From Myxococcota bacterium (GTDB lineage: Bacteria > Myxococcota_A > UBA9160 > UBA4427): 64,000 nt of DNA. The notes beneath the pieces are model-generated. The model had not been told where the DNA came from. It did not search any database and was given only the letters and a program-made list of their open reading frames with translations. Shown one piece after another: positions 46,164-55,531 of this stretch (the stretch's first letter is position 1; each line of letters opens with the position of its first letter). Position numbers and translations under genes: made by a program. The DNA lies in contig OZ252299.1 in the NCBI GenBank assembly GCA_965250285.1, positions 928,001-992,000 of the forward strand, read 5' to 3'.

Positions 46164-47285
46164 ATGGGTATCCAGAAAGTCGGTTTCATCGGTTGGCGCG
46201 GCATGGTGGGCTCGGTCCTGCTCGACCGCATGCAGGCGGAGGGCGATTTCGACGGCCTCCAGCCGGTCTTCTATTCGACCTCGCAGGTCGGAGAGACGGG
46301 CCCCGATGTGGGCGTCTCGGCGCCGCCGCTCGCGGACGCCTACGACACCGACGCGCTCGCCGCGCACGACGCGATCGTCAGCTGCCAGGGCGGCGACTAC
46401 ACCAAGCAGGTGCTGCCCAAGCTGCGCGAGTCGGGCTGGCAGGGCGACTGGATCGACGCCGCCAGCGCGAAGCGCATGGACGACGACAGCGTGATCGTCC
46501 TCGACCCGGTGAACCGCGACGTGATCGACCAGGCCATCGCCGGTGGAAAGAAGAACTGGATCGGCGGCAACTGCACGGTCAGTCTCATGCTGCTCGCCCT
46601 GCACGGTCTCTACCGCGAGGGCTGGATCGAGTGGGTCACGGCGATGACCTATCAGGCGGCATCGGGCGCGGGCGCGCGCAACATGCGCGAGCTCGTGGCG
46701 CAGATGAAGGCGATCGGCGACGACGCCGCGGCGCTGCTCGCCGATCCCGCGACCAGCGCCCTCGACCTCGACCGGCAGGTGGGTGCGAGCCTCGCTTCGG
46801 AAGGCTTCCCGACCGAGCACTTCGGGGTACCGCTGGCCGCCAGCCTGATCCCGTGGATCGATCGCAAGATGGATGGCGGCGAGACCCGCGAAGAGTGGAA
46901 GGCGCACGCCGAGAGCAACAAGATCCTCGGTCTCGACCCGGCCGTGCCGGTGGACGGGCTGTGCGTGCGCATCGGCGCGATGCGCTGCCATAGCCAGGGC
47001 TTCACGATCAAGCTGCGTCAGGATGTCCCGCTCGACGAGATCGAGTCGGCCCTGGGTGGCGCCAACGACTGGGTACGCCTGGTGCCGAACGACAAAGAGG
47101 TCACGGCGGCCGAGCTCACGCCGGCCAAGGTGACGGGCACGCTCGATATCCCGGTCGGCCGCGTGCGCAAGCTGCGCATGGGCGGCGACTTCGTCGGCGC
47201 GTACACCGTCGGCGACCAGCTGCTCTGGGGCGCGGCCGAGCCGCTGCGCCGCGTGCTCGGCATCCTGCGCGAGGCGCGCGGCTAG
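46164..47285 (+). CDS. asd: Aspartate-semialdehyde dehydrogenase (proteobacterial type)
   Basis: GFIGWRGMVGSVL, GGNCTVS, TYQAASGAGA, MRCHSQ, GDQLLWGAAEP. Confidence 0.97.
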   Translation: MGIQKVGFIGWRGMVGSVLLDRMQAEGDFDGLQPVFYSTSQVGETGPDVGVSAPPLADAYDTDALAAHDAIVSCQGGDYTKQVLPKLRESGWQGDWIDAASAKRMDDDSVIVLDPVNRDVIDQAIAGGKKNWIGGNCTVSLMLLALHGLYREGWIEWVTAMTYQAASGAGARNMRELVAQMKAIGDDAAALLADPATSALDLDRQVGASLASEGFPTEHFGVPLAASLIPWIDRKMDGGETREEWKAHAESNKILGLDPAVPVDGLCVRIGAMRCHSQGFTIKLRQDVPLDEIESALGGANDWVRLVPNDKEVTAAELTPAKVTGTLDIPVGRVRKLRMGGDFVGAYTVGDQLLWGAAEPLRRVLGILREARG

Positions 47286-47524
47286 CGCGACGGCTCGCTC
47301 GATCCGCCGTGTTGCGCGACAGTGCGCCGGGGGGTGGCTTCACCCCCGCCTCGGATCTTGCTGCCATGGATCGATCCTCGGCGTGAGCCGAGTCTCCCGA
47401 CATGATTTCGAAGTGCCGCTCCGTGCGCGAAACTCACGGCGTCCACGACGACGCCTCGCACGTCGGGGCACCTCCAGGCCTCGGGCCGTCGCACCGCAGA
47501 CGCTGGCTTCGAAGGAGACGAGCC

Positions 47525-49171
47525 GTGACGCCGAGCCCGAAGCGCGCCGTGGTTTCATGCGCGCTCGTTGCGGTTCTGGGTCTTCTCTCGGCGGGCGGTG
47601 AAGCGCGGGCCGAGTCGACGCGCGACGAATCGAGGCCGGCCGTCGAGCCGACCGCCGAAGCCCCCGGGTCGCGATCGAGCGCGTCCGACGCTCCGGCCCA
47701 ACCGACCGATGCGGTCCCCACCGACGAAGCATCGAGCGCCCCCGCCGCCCCCACCGACGAAGCGTCGAGCGCCCCCGCCGCTCCCACCGACGAAGCGTCG
47801 AGCGCCCCCGCCGCTCCCACCGACGAAGCGTCGAGCGCCCCCGCCGCTCCCACCGACGAAGCGTCGAGCGCCCCCACCGACGAAGCGTCGAGCGCCCCCG
47901 CCGACACCGCTGAGGAGCGGATCGAAGCGGAGGCCGAGGCCGAAGAAGACCGACGGATCAGCGCGAAGGTCGCCGACGCCGTGGCGCGTGAGATCGACCG
48001 CTCGCTGCCCGTGCGCGCCAGCTACACCGAGAAGGGCTTTCGACTCGAGACGCGGGACGGCAACTGGCAAACCAACCTGCAGTGGCGCGCGCAATTTCGA
48101 CTCACGTATCCCTTCGTCGGCGACCCGCGACAGGTGCCCGACTTCAACCGGGACAACTACTCGACGACGTTCGAGGTGCGTCGCCTGCGCATGAAGATCG
48201 GCGGCTTCGGCTACCGACCGTGGCTCAAGTACTACTTCGAGCTCGATCTCGAGCCGAGTCGCGACGTCGACGACTCGGAGCCGAGCTCGAGCGCGCGGCT
48301 GCTCGACTGGCGGGTCGACGTCGCGCGATTCGAGAAGGTCGGCCTGCGGATCGGCCAGTGGAAGATCGATTACACCCGCGAGCGCGTCGAATCGTCGAGC
48401 CGTCAGGAGTTCGTCGAGCGTTCGATCGTCAACCGCATCTTCACCATCGATCGTCAGGTCGGATTGCAGCTGCGCGGTCGGCTCTTCAACGGGACGCCGG
48501 CCGATTTTCGCTACTACGCCGGCGTCTTCACCGGCGAAGGGCGGGGCGTGACCAACGACGACAACAACCTGCTCTATGCAGGACGCGTGCAGTGGAACAT
48601 GCTCGGCCGCGATGTGCCTCTCAGCCAGACCGACGTGCAGCGCACGCCGAAGCCGGCCGCAGCACTCGGTGTGGGCTCGGCCTACAACATCGGTCGCTGC
48701 ACGCGCTGGTCTTCGAGCGGCTGCGGCAACCTGGATGGCTTCGAGCCCCCTGAAGACGCGGCGGAAGGGCAGTACAAGATCAAGCAGGTTGGTCAGGACT
48801 TCGCGTTCCGCTGGCAGGGATTCGCCATCCAGCAGGAGTTCCAGTGGAAGAACATCGACGACCGCGTGAACGATCGCGACTACAACCTGTGGGGCGCGTA
48901 CGCGCAGGTCGGATACTTCTTCAGCGGGCTTTGGGATTGGTTTCCGCGACCGCTCGAGTTCGCCTATCGCTACGGTTGGGTCAAAGAGCCGAACGAGAGC
49001 GACCTGAGTGTCGACAACAAGCGGCAGGAGTTCACCGCTGCGGCGAATTGGTTCTTCTTCGGCCACAACAACAAGCTGACCCTCGACTACAGCTATCTGA
49101 CCCTCGACGACCCCATCAACGGCGATCCGACGGCGAACCGCGTGCGCTTCCAGTGGGACATCTCGTTCTGA
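47525..49171 (+). CDS. Phosphate-selective porin OprO/OprP-like with repetitive N-terminal linker
   Basis: FEVRRLRMKIGG, IGQWK, SSSRQEFVERS, DRQVG, C-terminal FQWDISF. Confidence 0.85.
   Translation: MTPSPKRAVVSCALVAVLGLLSAGGEARAESTRDESRPAVEPTAEAPGSRSSASDAPAQPTDAVPTDEASSAPAAPTDEASSAPAAPTDEASSAPAAPTDEASSAPAAPTDEASSAPTDEASSAPADTAEERIEAEAEAEEDRRISAKVADAVAREIDRSLPVRASYTEKGFRLETRDGNWQTNLQWRAQFRLTYPFVGDPRQVPDFNRDNYSTTFEVRRLRMKIGGFGYRPWLKYYFELDLEPSRDVDDSEPSSSARLLDWRVDVARFEKVGLRIGQWKIDYTRERVESSSRQEFVERSIVNRIFTIDRQVGLQLRGRLFNGTPADFRYYAGVFTGEGRGVTNDDNNLLYAGRVQWNMLGRDVPLSQTDVQRTPKPAAALGVGSAYNIGRCTRWSSSGCGNLDGFEPPEDAAEGQYKIKQVGQDFAFRWQGFAIQQEFQWKNIDDRVNDRDYNLWGAYAQVGYFFSGLWDWFPRPLEFAYRYGWVKEPNESDLSVDNKRQEFTAAANWFFFGHNNKLTLDYSYLTLDDPINGDPTANRVRFQWDISF
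47717..47905 (+). repeat. In-frame 33-bp tandem repeat (PTDEASSAPAA x4, one 24-bp unit, one final variant)
   Basis: Unit cccaccgacgaagcgtcgagcgcccccgccgct read directly from the sequence. Confidence 0.95.
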
Positions 49172-49193
49172 ATCGTCGGGGCGCGCTGCGGGC

Positions 49194-50600
49194 CTATGCG
49201 ATCAGCTTGGTCGTGCGCAGGGTGAGCTCGGTGGTGGCGACCACGCGGGGGTCGATGGGCGCGGTCATGTGTCCGCCCTGATGCCAGACGACCTCGGGCT
49301 CTTCCCAGTGCGCGTGCAGGTTCAGGATGTGCTCGGGCGGCACGAGCCGATCGGCGACCGCGCCGTACAGGTAGCGGCCATCGAAGGGCACCATCGGCTC
49401 GACCGCGAGCGGCGAGATCGGTCGGAACACGCGACGCAGCATGGCTTCGTCGAGGCCGATGTGTTCGAGCGCCGCCCACTGCCGCGCCGGGGAGTGGCGC
49501 CGAATGATCGCCGCGAAGCACGACACGCCGATGCCCGGGATCGCGCACGAGAGCCCGGTCTCGAGGCCCGCGAGCAGCGACGTCGTGTAGCCGCCGAGTG
49601 AGAGCCCGACCGTACCGATCTGCGTGGCGCCGTATTCGCGCCGCAGCCAGCCGATCAGCCGGCGGATGTCCCACTGCGCCTGCGCTTCGGCGTGGACGGT
49701 GTCGAGCGGATGCCCCGTGAACCAGCCTTCGCCCGAGATGCGGCCGATGCGGCGCGGTCCGTGCATCGGCAATACGGGCATCAACAGGTTCAAGCCGAGG
49801 CGCTCGTAGAGGTCGGCGAAGATCGCGAGGTCGATCGCGGCGTGGCCCGTCCGGTAGCCGTCGTTGCAGATGAGCCAGGGGCGATCTTCACCGGCGTGCA
49901 TCCGCAGCCACGCGTGGCCCGTGCGCGGCGGCCTGAGCTCGAGGTAGCGATCGCGGCCCGGCTCGTCGGCGTGCGGCTCGTACTCGCTCTCGAACACGAG
50001 GTGCTCGTAGGCCCGCTTGCCCGAGCGCTTGGCCGTGCGGCTCACCTGCTCGAGCGGCGCCGGCGGCGTGTGGTACGTGGTCGGATCGTCGCTCCAACCG
50101 CGATCTTCGAAGAGCGCGACCGCATCGAGAATCTCGTGGTGCATCTGCGAGAGCTCGTCGCCCACCGGCAGCTGAACCATGAACTGCTCGACGCCGAGGA
50201 AGGTCTCGTCGAGCGCCGCCTTCGCACCGTTCTGCAGCGATCGCTCGGGGGCCGGCATCCGGGGGTCGACGGGTTCGGCCTCGATCGCTTCACGACCCGA
50301 CAGGACGAAGCTCGCCGCGCTGCCCATCAGCAGCAGCACGGCGGGGCCGAAGCCGAGGGCGAAGCCACAGGGCAGGGCGAGCAGGGTCGCCAGCGCCGAG
50401 CCGAGCGCCCACGTCTGATTCGCGCGCAGGTCGATCTGGCCGAGGGCGACGGCCAGCGCGCCCGCCGCCAGCGGCAGGGCAAAGAGCGATGTGAAGACGA
50501 AGAAGAGCGGGCCGACGTCGGCCGCGAGACCCAGCCATGCGAGCCCGGTCAACACCCCGACCCAAGGCCGGCGCGGCCATCTGACCTGATCGAACATCAC
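49194..50600 (-). CDS. Alpha/beta hydrolase with N-terminal TM segments
   Basis: LPMHGPRR, nucleophile GLSLGG, DRLV, GGH. Confidence 0.82.
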   Translation of the reverse strand: MMFDQVRWPRRPWVGVLTGLAWLGLAADVGPLFFVFTSLFALPLAAGALAVALGQIDLRANQTWALGSALATLLALPCGFALGFGPAVLLLMGSAASFVLSGREAIEAEPVDPRMPAPERSLQNGAKAALDETFLGVEQFMVQLPVGDELSQMHHEILDAVALFEDRGWSDDPTTYHTPPAPLEQVSRTAKRSGKRAYEHLVFESEYEPHADEPGRDRYLELRPPRTGHAWLRMHAGEDRPWLICNDGYRTGHAAIDLAIFADLYERLGLNLLMPVLPMHGPRRIGRISGEGWFTGHPLDTVHAEAQAQWDIRRLIGWLRREYGATQIGTVGLSLGGYTTSLLAGLETGLSCAIPGIGVSCFAAIIRRHSPARQWAALEHIGLDEAMLRRVFRPISPLAVEPMVPFDGRYLYGAVADRLVPPEHILNLHAHWEEPEVVWHQGGHMTAPIDPRVVATTELTLRTTKLIA

Positions 50601-50685
50601 GCCCCCTCTCTCTGCAGCGACCGCCTCGGCGTCGAGGGGTCTCGGCTCGTCCCGGAACCGACCCGCGGGCGAACGCAGCGCCGAG

Positions 50686-50770
50686 TCAGGCGGGCAGGCC
50701 TCGGGTCTCGGGCAGCCCGAGCATCAGATCAGGCGGGCAGGCCTCGGGTCTCGGGCAGCCCGAGCATCAG
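50686..50770. repeat. Exact 42-bp direct repeat of the argC 3' end
   Basis: tcaggcgggcaggcctcgggtctcgggcagcccgagcatcag at 50686-50727 and 50729-50770, separated by one A. Confidence 0.95.
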
Positions 50771-51685
50771 GTTCAGATTCTGGATCGCGACGCCCGACGC
50801 GCCCTTGCCGAGGTTATCGAGGCGCGCGATCAGCAGCGCATGACCCGCCGGATTCGGCAGCACCTGCAGCTCGATTCGATTCGTGTCGTTGCACACGCGC
50901 GGGTCGAAGTGCAGCTCGTCGGCCGACAGCGGCTCTTCGATCGGATGCACCTCGACGAAGGGCTCGTCGCGGTAGCGCGCGTCGAGACACTCCCAGAGCG
51001 ACTTGCCGGTCGCGCCCTCGGCGAGGGCCGAGGCCGCGAGCGGCAGCTGCACGCGCATGCCGCAGCGAAACGGTCCGACGGCCGGCACGAAGATCGGCGG
51101 CAACGACATGCCGCTCCAGTGCGTCATCTCGGGGATGTGCTTGTGGATGCGGTCGAGCGCGTAGGGCGCCTCGAAGGGCAGCGTGCCGAGCGGGCTGCCT
51201 TCGGCTTCCCACTTCTCGATCAGCTGGCGGCCGCCGCCGGAGTAGCCCGACAACGCGTGGATCGCGAGCGGTGCATCGGCGTCGAGCAGGCCCGCATCGA
51301 CGAGAGGGCGCACGAGCAGCAGGTACGCGCTCGGGTAGCAGCCGGGGTTCGAGACGAGCGGTGCGTTCGCGATGCGATCGCGCTGGTCGCTGCAGAGCTC
51401 GGGCAGGCCATAGACCCAGTCGGACGCCACGCGATGTGCGGTGCTCGCGTCGAGCAGTCGGGCGTCGTCTTCGGCGGCCCACGCGGCGGCCTCGCGGGCC
51501 GCGTCGTCGGGCAGACAGAGCACGGTCAGGTCCGACTCGGCCTGCAGTGCGCGGCGCGCCTCGGGGCGCTTCCGGTCGGCTTCGGGCAGGGTCGCGATCT
51601 CGATGTCGTCGCGGCCTTCGAGCCAGTCGCGAATGCGCAGGCCGGTGGTTCCGGCATGTCCGTCGATGAAGATCTGAGGGGCCAT
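50729..51685 (-). CDS. argC: N-acetyl-gamma-glutamyl-phosphate reductase (type 2)
   Basis: IFIDGHAGTTG, DASTAHR, SNPGCY, SGYSGGG, LDNLGKGASG. Confidence 0.96.
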   Translation of the reverse strand: MAPQIFIDGHAGTTGLRIRDWLEGRDDIEIATLPEADRKRPEARRALQAESDLTVLCLPDDAAREAAAWAAEDDARLLDASTAHRVASDWVYGLPELCSDQRDRIANAPLVSNPGCYPSAYLLLVRPLVDAGLLDADAPLAIHALSGYSGGGRQLIEKWEAEGSPLGTLPFEAPYALDRIHKHIPEMTHWSGMSLPPIFVPAVGPFRCGMRVQLPLAASALAEGATGKSLWECLDARYRDEPFVEVHPIEEPLSADELHFDPRVCNDTNRIELQVLPNPAGHALLIARLDNLGKGASGVAIQNLNLMLGLPETRGLPA

Positions 51686-51746
51686 CGCGGCAGGGTAGCG
51701 CGGATGGGCGCGAGACCCTCGTTCGGGCGGCTCGCGAGCCGGCGGC

Positions 51747-52520
51747 TCAGCTCTCGGCGGTCACCGCATTGCGTCGGACCCAGCGCAGATAGCCCGCGGG
51801 CGGCACGAAGGCGAGCGAGAGGGCGATCGCGGCCACGAGGCCGTGCAGCGACGACGACATGACGACCCACGGGATCTCGCTGTTGCCCTGACCGAGCACC
51901 ATCGCCGCGCCCACGCCGATGGCGCTGCCCACGCCGGCGGCGCCTGCGCCGATGCCCCAGAGCAGGAACCGGTTCGTCACGGCCGGATCGGCGAGGCCGA
52001 TCAGCGAGCGGCGCTGCATGCGGCGCCAGTAGAGCAGCGCCTCGACCGAGCCCCAGAGCAGGACGCCGATCTGGGCGAAGGACTGCACGTGCACCCACAT
52101 GCTCGGCGCGCCGTCGCTGACGAGGTCGCCGATCGCGAGGCGATAGCCGAGCAGGCCGAGCACCGCCGCGATCCCGAGCATCACGCCCGTCGTCACGACC
52201 TTCGAGTCGGCGTGATAGACCTTGCCGTTGAAGACGAGCTTGCAGACGACGCCGATCACGGCCGTCACGCTCCCGATCACGACGAGCGCGACGGTCGCGG
52301 TGGGGATGGCGGCTTCGGGGTTTTCGGCCCGCGCGTTCTGCAGGATCACCTGGCCGATGCGCTGGCAGCCGAAGCCGACGGGGCCGATCCCGAGCACACC
52401 GATGCCGATCAACAGCTCGGGTAGCTCGCGCGTGCGAGTCCACAGCAGCACGAGACGGATCCCGACCGTCAGCGACGCGAAGAAGAACGCGAGGAACCCC
52501 ACCCAGACCAGCATGTCCAT
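51747..52520 (-). CDS. Hypothetical multi-pass (about 7 TM) membrane protein
   Basis: Successive hydrophobic helices with host-like codon usage; no family recognised. Confidence 0.75.
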   Translation of the reverse strand: MDMLVWVGFLAFFFASLTVGIRLVLLWTRTRELPELLIGIGVLGIGPVGFGCQRIGQVILQNARAENPEAAIPTATVALVVIGSVTAVIGVVCKLVFNGKVYHADSKVVTTGVMLGIAAVLGLLGYRLAIGDLVSDGAPSMWVHVQSFAQIGVLLWGSVEALLYWRRMQRRSLIGLADPAVTNRFLLWGIGAGAAGVGSAIGVGAAMVLGQGNSEIPWVVMSSSLHGLVAAIALSLAFVPPAGYLRWVRRNAVTAES

Positions 52521-52583
52521 CGATTGCGACCCTTTGAAAGCGCAGCGCGCCTGCGAAGGTGCGGGCGGGGCTGCGTACGGGTT

Positions 52584-52611
52584 CGGTCGGCGGCCCAGGC
52601 GGTCACCTTGA
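52584..52611 (-). promoter_or_regulatory. sigma28-like promoter TCAAG-N15-GCCGACCG
   Basis: 63 nt upstream of the 52520 start. Confidence 0.4.
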
Positions 52612-52715
52612 GGCGGCGAGACGAACCGAGGGTTTTTGGTGGCTGGAGTTGCAACCGGATTGTCGCCGTTCGAGCCGAACCGGAATCGATCCGCGGCTCG
52701 CGCGATCTCGCGGGC

Positions 52716-53804
52716 TCAGACGCTTCCGAACTCGCTCATCTCGACCACGCGCCCCTCTTCGATCGAACGATGGGCGGCGAGGCCGACCGCCACCGAGCGA
52801 AGGCCGTCGATGACGCCCACCTCGGGCGCGCTGCCGGTGCGAATCGCCTCGATCAGGTGCAGGTGCTCGAGGTAGCTCGCGCCGTGGTGCATGCCGTCGT
52901 GGCCGATCCGCGGATCGGGGTCGCACGCGAACTCCCGGTAGTCCTTGAACTTGCGCGTGCCCGCGCGCACTCGGCCCTCGGGCACGACGGTCTCGAGCTT
53001 GCCGGCTGGCCCGACGGCGCAGATCTCCTGCTCGTTGGGGCTCGATTCGGCGAACATGCAGAGGTCGAGGTGAGCGCGCGCGCCGTTGTCGTAGTCGACG
53101 ATCACGAACGCGTTGTCGAGGATGTCCGGTACTTCGCCGTCGTAGTTCTCGTCGAGATGGTTCACGTCCTGCGCGCCGCTCGCGAAGACGCGCCTCGGCA
53201 GCGCAGGGATCGCGAGGTTCATCAGGTCGAAGAAGTGACAGCACTTCTCGACGAGGGTCCCGCCCGTGTTGCGGCTGAAGCGATTCCAGTCGCCGACCTT
53301 GGGCAGGAAGGGGAACCGGTGTTCGCGGATCGAGAGCATCTTGAGCTCGCCGATCGCCCCGGCCTGCAGCTCGCGCAGGAAGTGCGCGATCGGCGGCATG
53401 TAGCGGTACTCGAGCCCGACCTGGACGACGCCCGAGTGCCGCTGGGCCGCGTCGACCACGCGCCGGCAATCCTCCATCGTCGTGCACATCGGCTTCTCGA
53501 TGAGCACGTGCTTCGATGTGGCGAACACGTCGTCGAGAACCGCGGCATGCGTGAAGTTCGGTGATGCGATCACGACGGCGTCGACGTCGGGGTGGGCGAG
53601 CAGGTCGCGGTGGTCGGTGAACGACGCGACGTTCGAGGCATCGCCCATCGAGAGGCGCCCGAGGCCGAGCGACGCTTCGACGGGGTCGGAGAGGGCGACC
53701 ACCTCGGCGTCGTCGATCGCCTCGATGTTGCGAATGTGCTCGCAACCCATCATGCCGCAGCCGATGATGCCGTAGCGGATCTTGTCGGCCGCGCGACCCG
53801 ACAC
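52716..53804 (-). CDS. Gfo/Idh/MocA family oxidoreductase
   Basis: YGIIGCGMMG, IASPNFTH, EKP, GGTLVEKCCHFFDL; GTG shares a base with the upstream TAG. Confidence 0.9.
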   Translation of the reverse strand: MSGRAADKIRYGIIGCGMMGCEHIRNIEAIDDAEVVALSDPVEASLGLGRLSMGDASNVASFTDHRDLLAHPDVDAVVIASPNFTHAAVLDDVFATSKHVLIEKPMCTTMEDCRRVVDAAQRHSGVVQVGLEYRYMPPIAHFLRELQAGAIGELKMLSIREHRFPFLPKVGDWNRFSRNTGGTLVEKCCHFFDLMNLAIPALPRRVFASGAQDVNHLDENYDGEVPDILDNAFVIVDYDNGARAHLDLCMFAESSPNEQEICAVGPAGKLETVVPEGRVRAGTRKFKDYREFACDPDPRIGHDGMHHGASYLEHLHLIEAIRTGSAPEVGVIDGLRSVAVGLAAHRSIEEGRVVEMSEFGSV

Positions 53805-54631
53805 TACGCGGGACCCTCGAGCGAGCCCTTCAAATCGCCGAGCACGCCGCTGAAGCGATGCTCGAGCGCGGGGCCGAAGTGATCGTGCGTGAAGATCGTG
53901 CCGCGACTCGCCCGGACACTCTGCAGCGTGATCTCGGCGACGGTCTCGGGGTCGAGCCCCTCTTCGATCGCCTGGCCCATGCCCGGCGGCTCGACACCGC
54001 CGTCGCGCGTCGCCTCGGGTTGGGCCAAGAGCTGCGTGCGCACGGCGCCGGGACACAGCACCGAGAGGCCAATGCCGTCGGCAGCGAGGGTCGGGCGCAT
54101 CGCTTCGCAGAGTCCGACCACGGCGAACTTGCTCATGCAGTACGCGCCGACGTCGGGGCCCGCGAGCCAGCCACCGACCGACGCCGTGGCGACGACGTGA
54201 GCGGGGTCGTCGTGTGCGCGCAGCCCCGGCAGGAAGGCGTGAATCGTCTTCGCTACGCCCATGACGTTTACTTCGAAGTGCATTCGGAGCAGCTCGGGGT
54301 CGTCGCCGACGCCGAGGCCCGCACGCAGCACCCCGGCGTTGGCGAAGAGCAGGTGGACGCGGCCCGCCTCGTCGGCGACGCGCCTCGCGAGCGCTTCGAG
54401 CGCCGGCGCGTCGGTGACGTCGGCGGCGACCGGTGTCGCCCCGTCGCCCAGCGACTTGCACGTGCGGCGGGCAGCCATCTCGTTGCGGTCGACGCAGTAG
54501 ACCCGGGCCCCAGCCTTGACGAGCGTGGTGCAGAGCCCCGCGCCGATCCCGCTGCCGCCGCCCGTGACGACGGCCAGCTTTCCCTCGAAGCCGTCGGCAA
54601 ACCCGCCGCGTGCTTGGTCGCCCTCAGTCAC
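53804..54631 (-). CDS. SDR family oxidoreductase
   Basis: TGGGSGIG, ANAG, YCMSK, LCPG. Confidence 0.9.
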   Translation of the reverse strand: MTEGDQARGGFADGFEGKLAVVTGGGSGIGAGLCTTLVKAGARVYCVDRNEMAARRTCKSLGDGATPVAADVTDAPALEALARRVADEAGRVHLLFANAGVLRAGLGVGDDPELLRMHFEVNVMGVAKTIHAFLPGLRAHDDPAHVVATASVGGWLAGPDVGAYCMSKFAVVGLCEAMRPTLAADGIGLSVLCPGAVRTQLLAQPEATRDGGVEPPGMGQAIEEGLDPETVAEITLQSVRASRGTIFTHDHFGPALEHRFSGVLGDLKGSLEGPA

Positions 54632-55277
54632 GTCGCTTGAGTCCGTGCTGCTCGAGCCGCCAGACGAGATGCGAGATGCGATCCTGACCGAAGAGGGCCT
54701 CACCGTCGAACACCATCGTCGGCACGCCCCAGTGGCCCGCCGCGACGTGGTCGGCCTGATTCTGTTCGATGACGGCTTCGTAGTGGTCGGGGTCGGCTTC
54801 GATGCGCGCGTCGAGCTCGGCCAGATCGAGCGCGGCGCGCGCGGCGGCGCGGGCCAGGTGGTCGCCCTCGTGCCAGCCCTGCACCTCGCCGCTCCAGATC
54901 ACGCGGCTGACCTCGTCGATGAAGGGCAGGCCGCGGCCCGCCTCGCACGCAGCCACGCCGAGACGCGTCAGGCGATGGATGTAGGGCTGCTCCTTCGGGA
55001 TCGTGCGCGTCGAGAAGTCCTGCACCACCGGGTCGGGGTTCGGCCAGCTGTAAGGGATGCCCTCCATCTGTGCGATGCGGGCGGTGTCGCGCATCAGGTA
55101 CGGCGGCCAGAGCGGATTGACCTTGTCGAAGAAGTCGGGGGTGCGAATCGCGATCGGGTAGACCGGGCGCACGACGCACTCGACGTCGTAGGTGCGGGTC
55201 AGCTCGACGATGCGACCGGTCGCGAGATACGAGTACGGGCTGCGAAACGACCAGTAGAGGTCGAACGAGAGGGACAT
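54624..55277 (-). CDS. 2-hydroxychromene-2-carboxylate isomerase / DsbA-like kappa-GST family protein
   Basis: SFRSPYSYL, GHWGVPT, FGQDR. Confidence 0.9.
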   Translation of the reverse strand: MSLSFDLYWSFRSPYSYLATGRIVELTRTYDVECVVRPVYPIAIRTPDFFDKVNPLWPPYLMRDTARIAQMEGIPYSWPNPDPVVQDFSTRTIPKEQPYIHRLTRLGVAACEAGRGLPFIDEVSRVIWSGEVQGWHEGDHLARAAARAALDLAELDARIEADPDHYEAVIEQNQADHVAAGHWGVPTMVFDGEALFGQDRISHLVWRLEQHGLKRRD

Positions 55278-55326
55278 GGGTGGGTGGGCTCCTCGATCGG
55301 GCGCGCGCCCCGATCGGGGGGCGACC

Positions 55327-55518
55327 TCAGTCCTCGATGGTGATGGCCTGCTCGGGGCAGTTGTCGGCGCCGCGGCGGGCCGACGCCTCGTGCTCCGCGG
55401 GCACCTCGGCCCGGGGGATCACACAGTAGCCCTCTTCGTCTTCGGCGTAGACCTCGGGACACAGCGCGTAGCAGCGCCCGTGGCCGACGCAGAGCTCGCG
55501 GTCGACCTTGACCCTCAT
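55327..55518 (-). CDS. [3Fe-4S]-type ferredoxin
   Basis: CVGHGRC...CP (CxxHxxC) and NCPEQAI; adjacent to the P450. Confidence 0.92.
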   Translation of the reverse strand: MRVKVDRELCVGHGRCYALCPEVYAEDEEGYCVIPRAEVPAEHEASARRGADNCPEQAITIED

Positions 55519-55531
55519 CGGGCCGCGCCCC

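Noticed and set aside
47717..47905. CRISPR array
   Set aside because: The units are contiguous with no unique spacers, in frame inside a CDS, and there are no cas genes.
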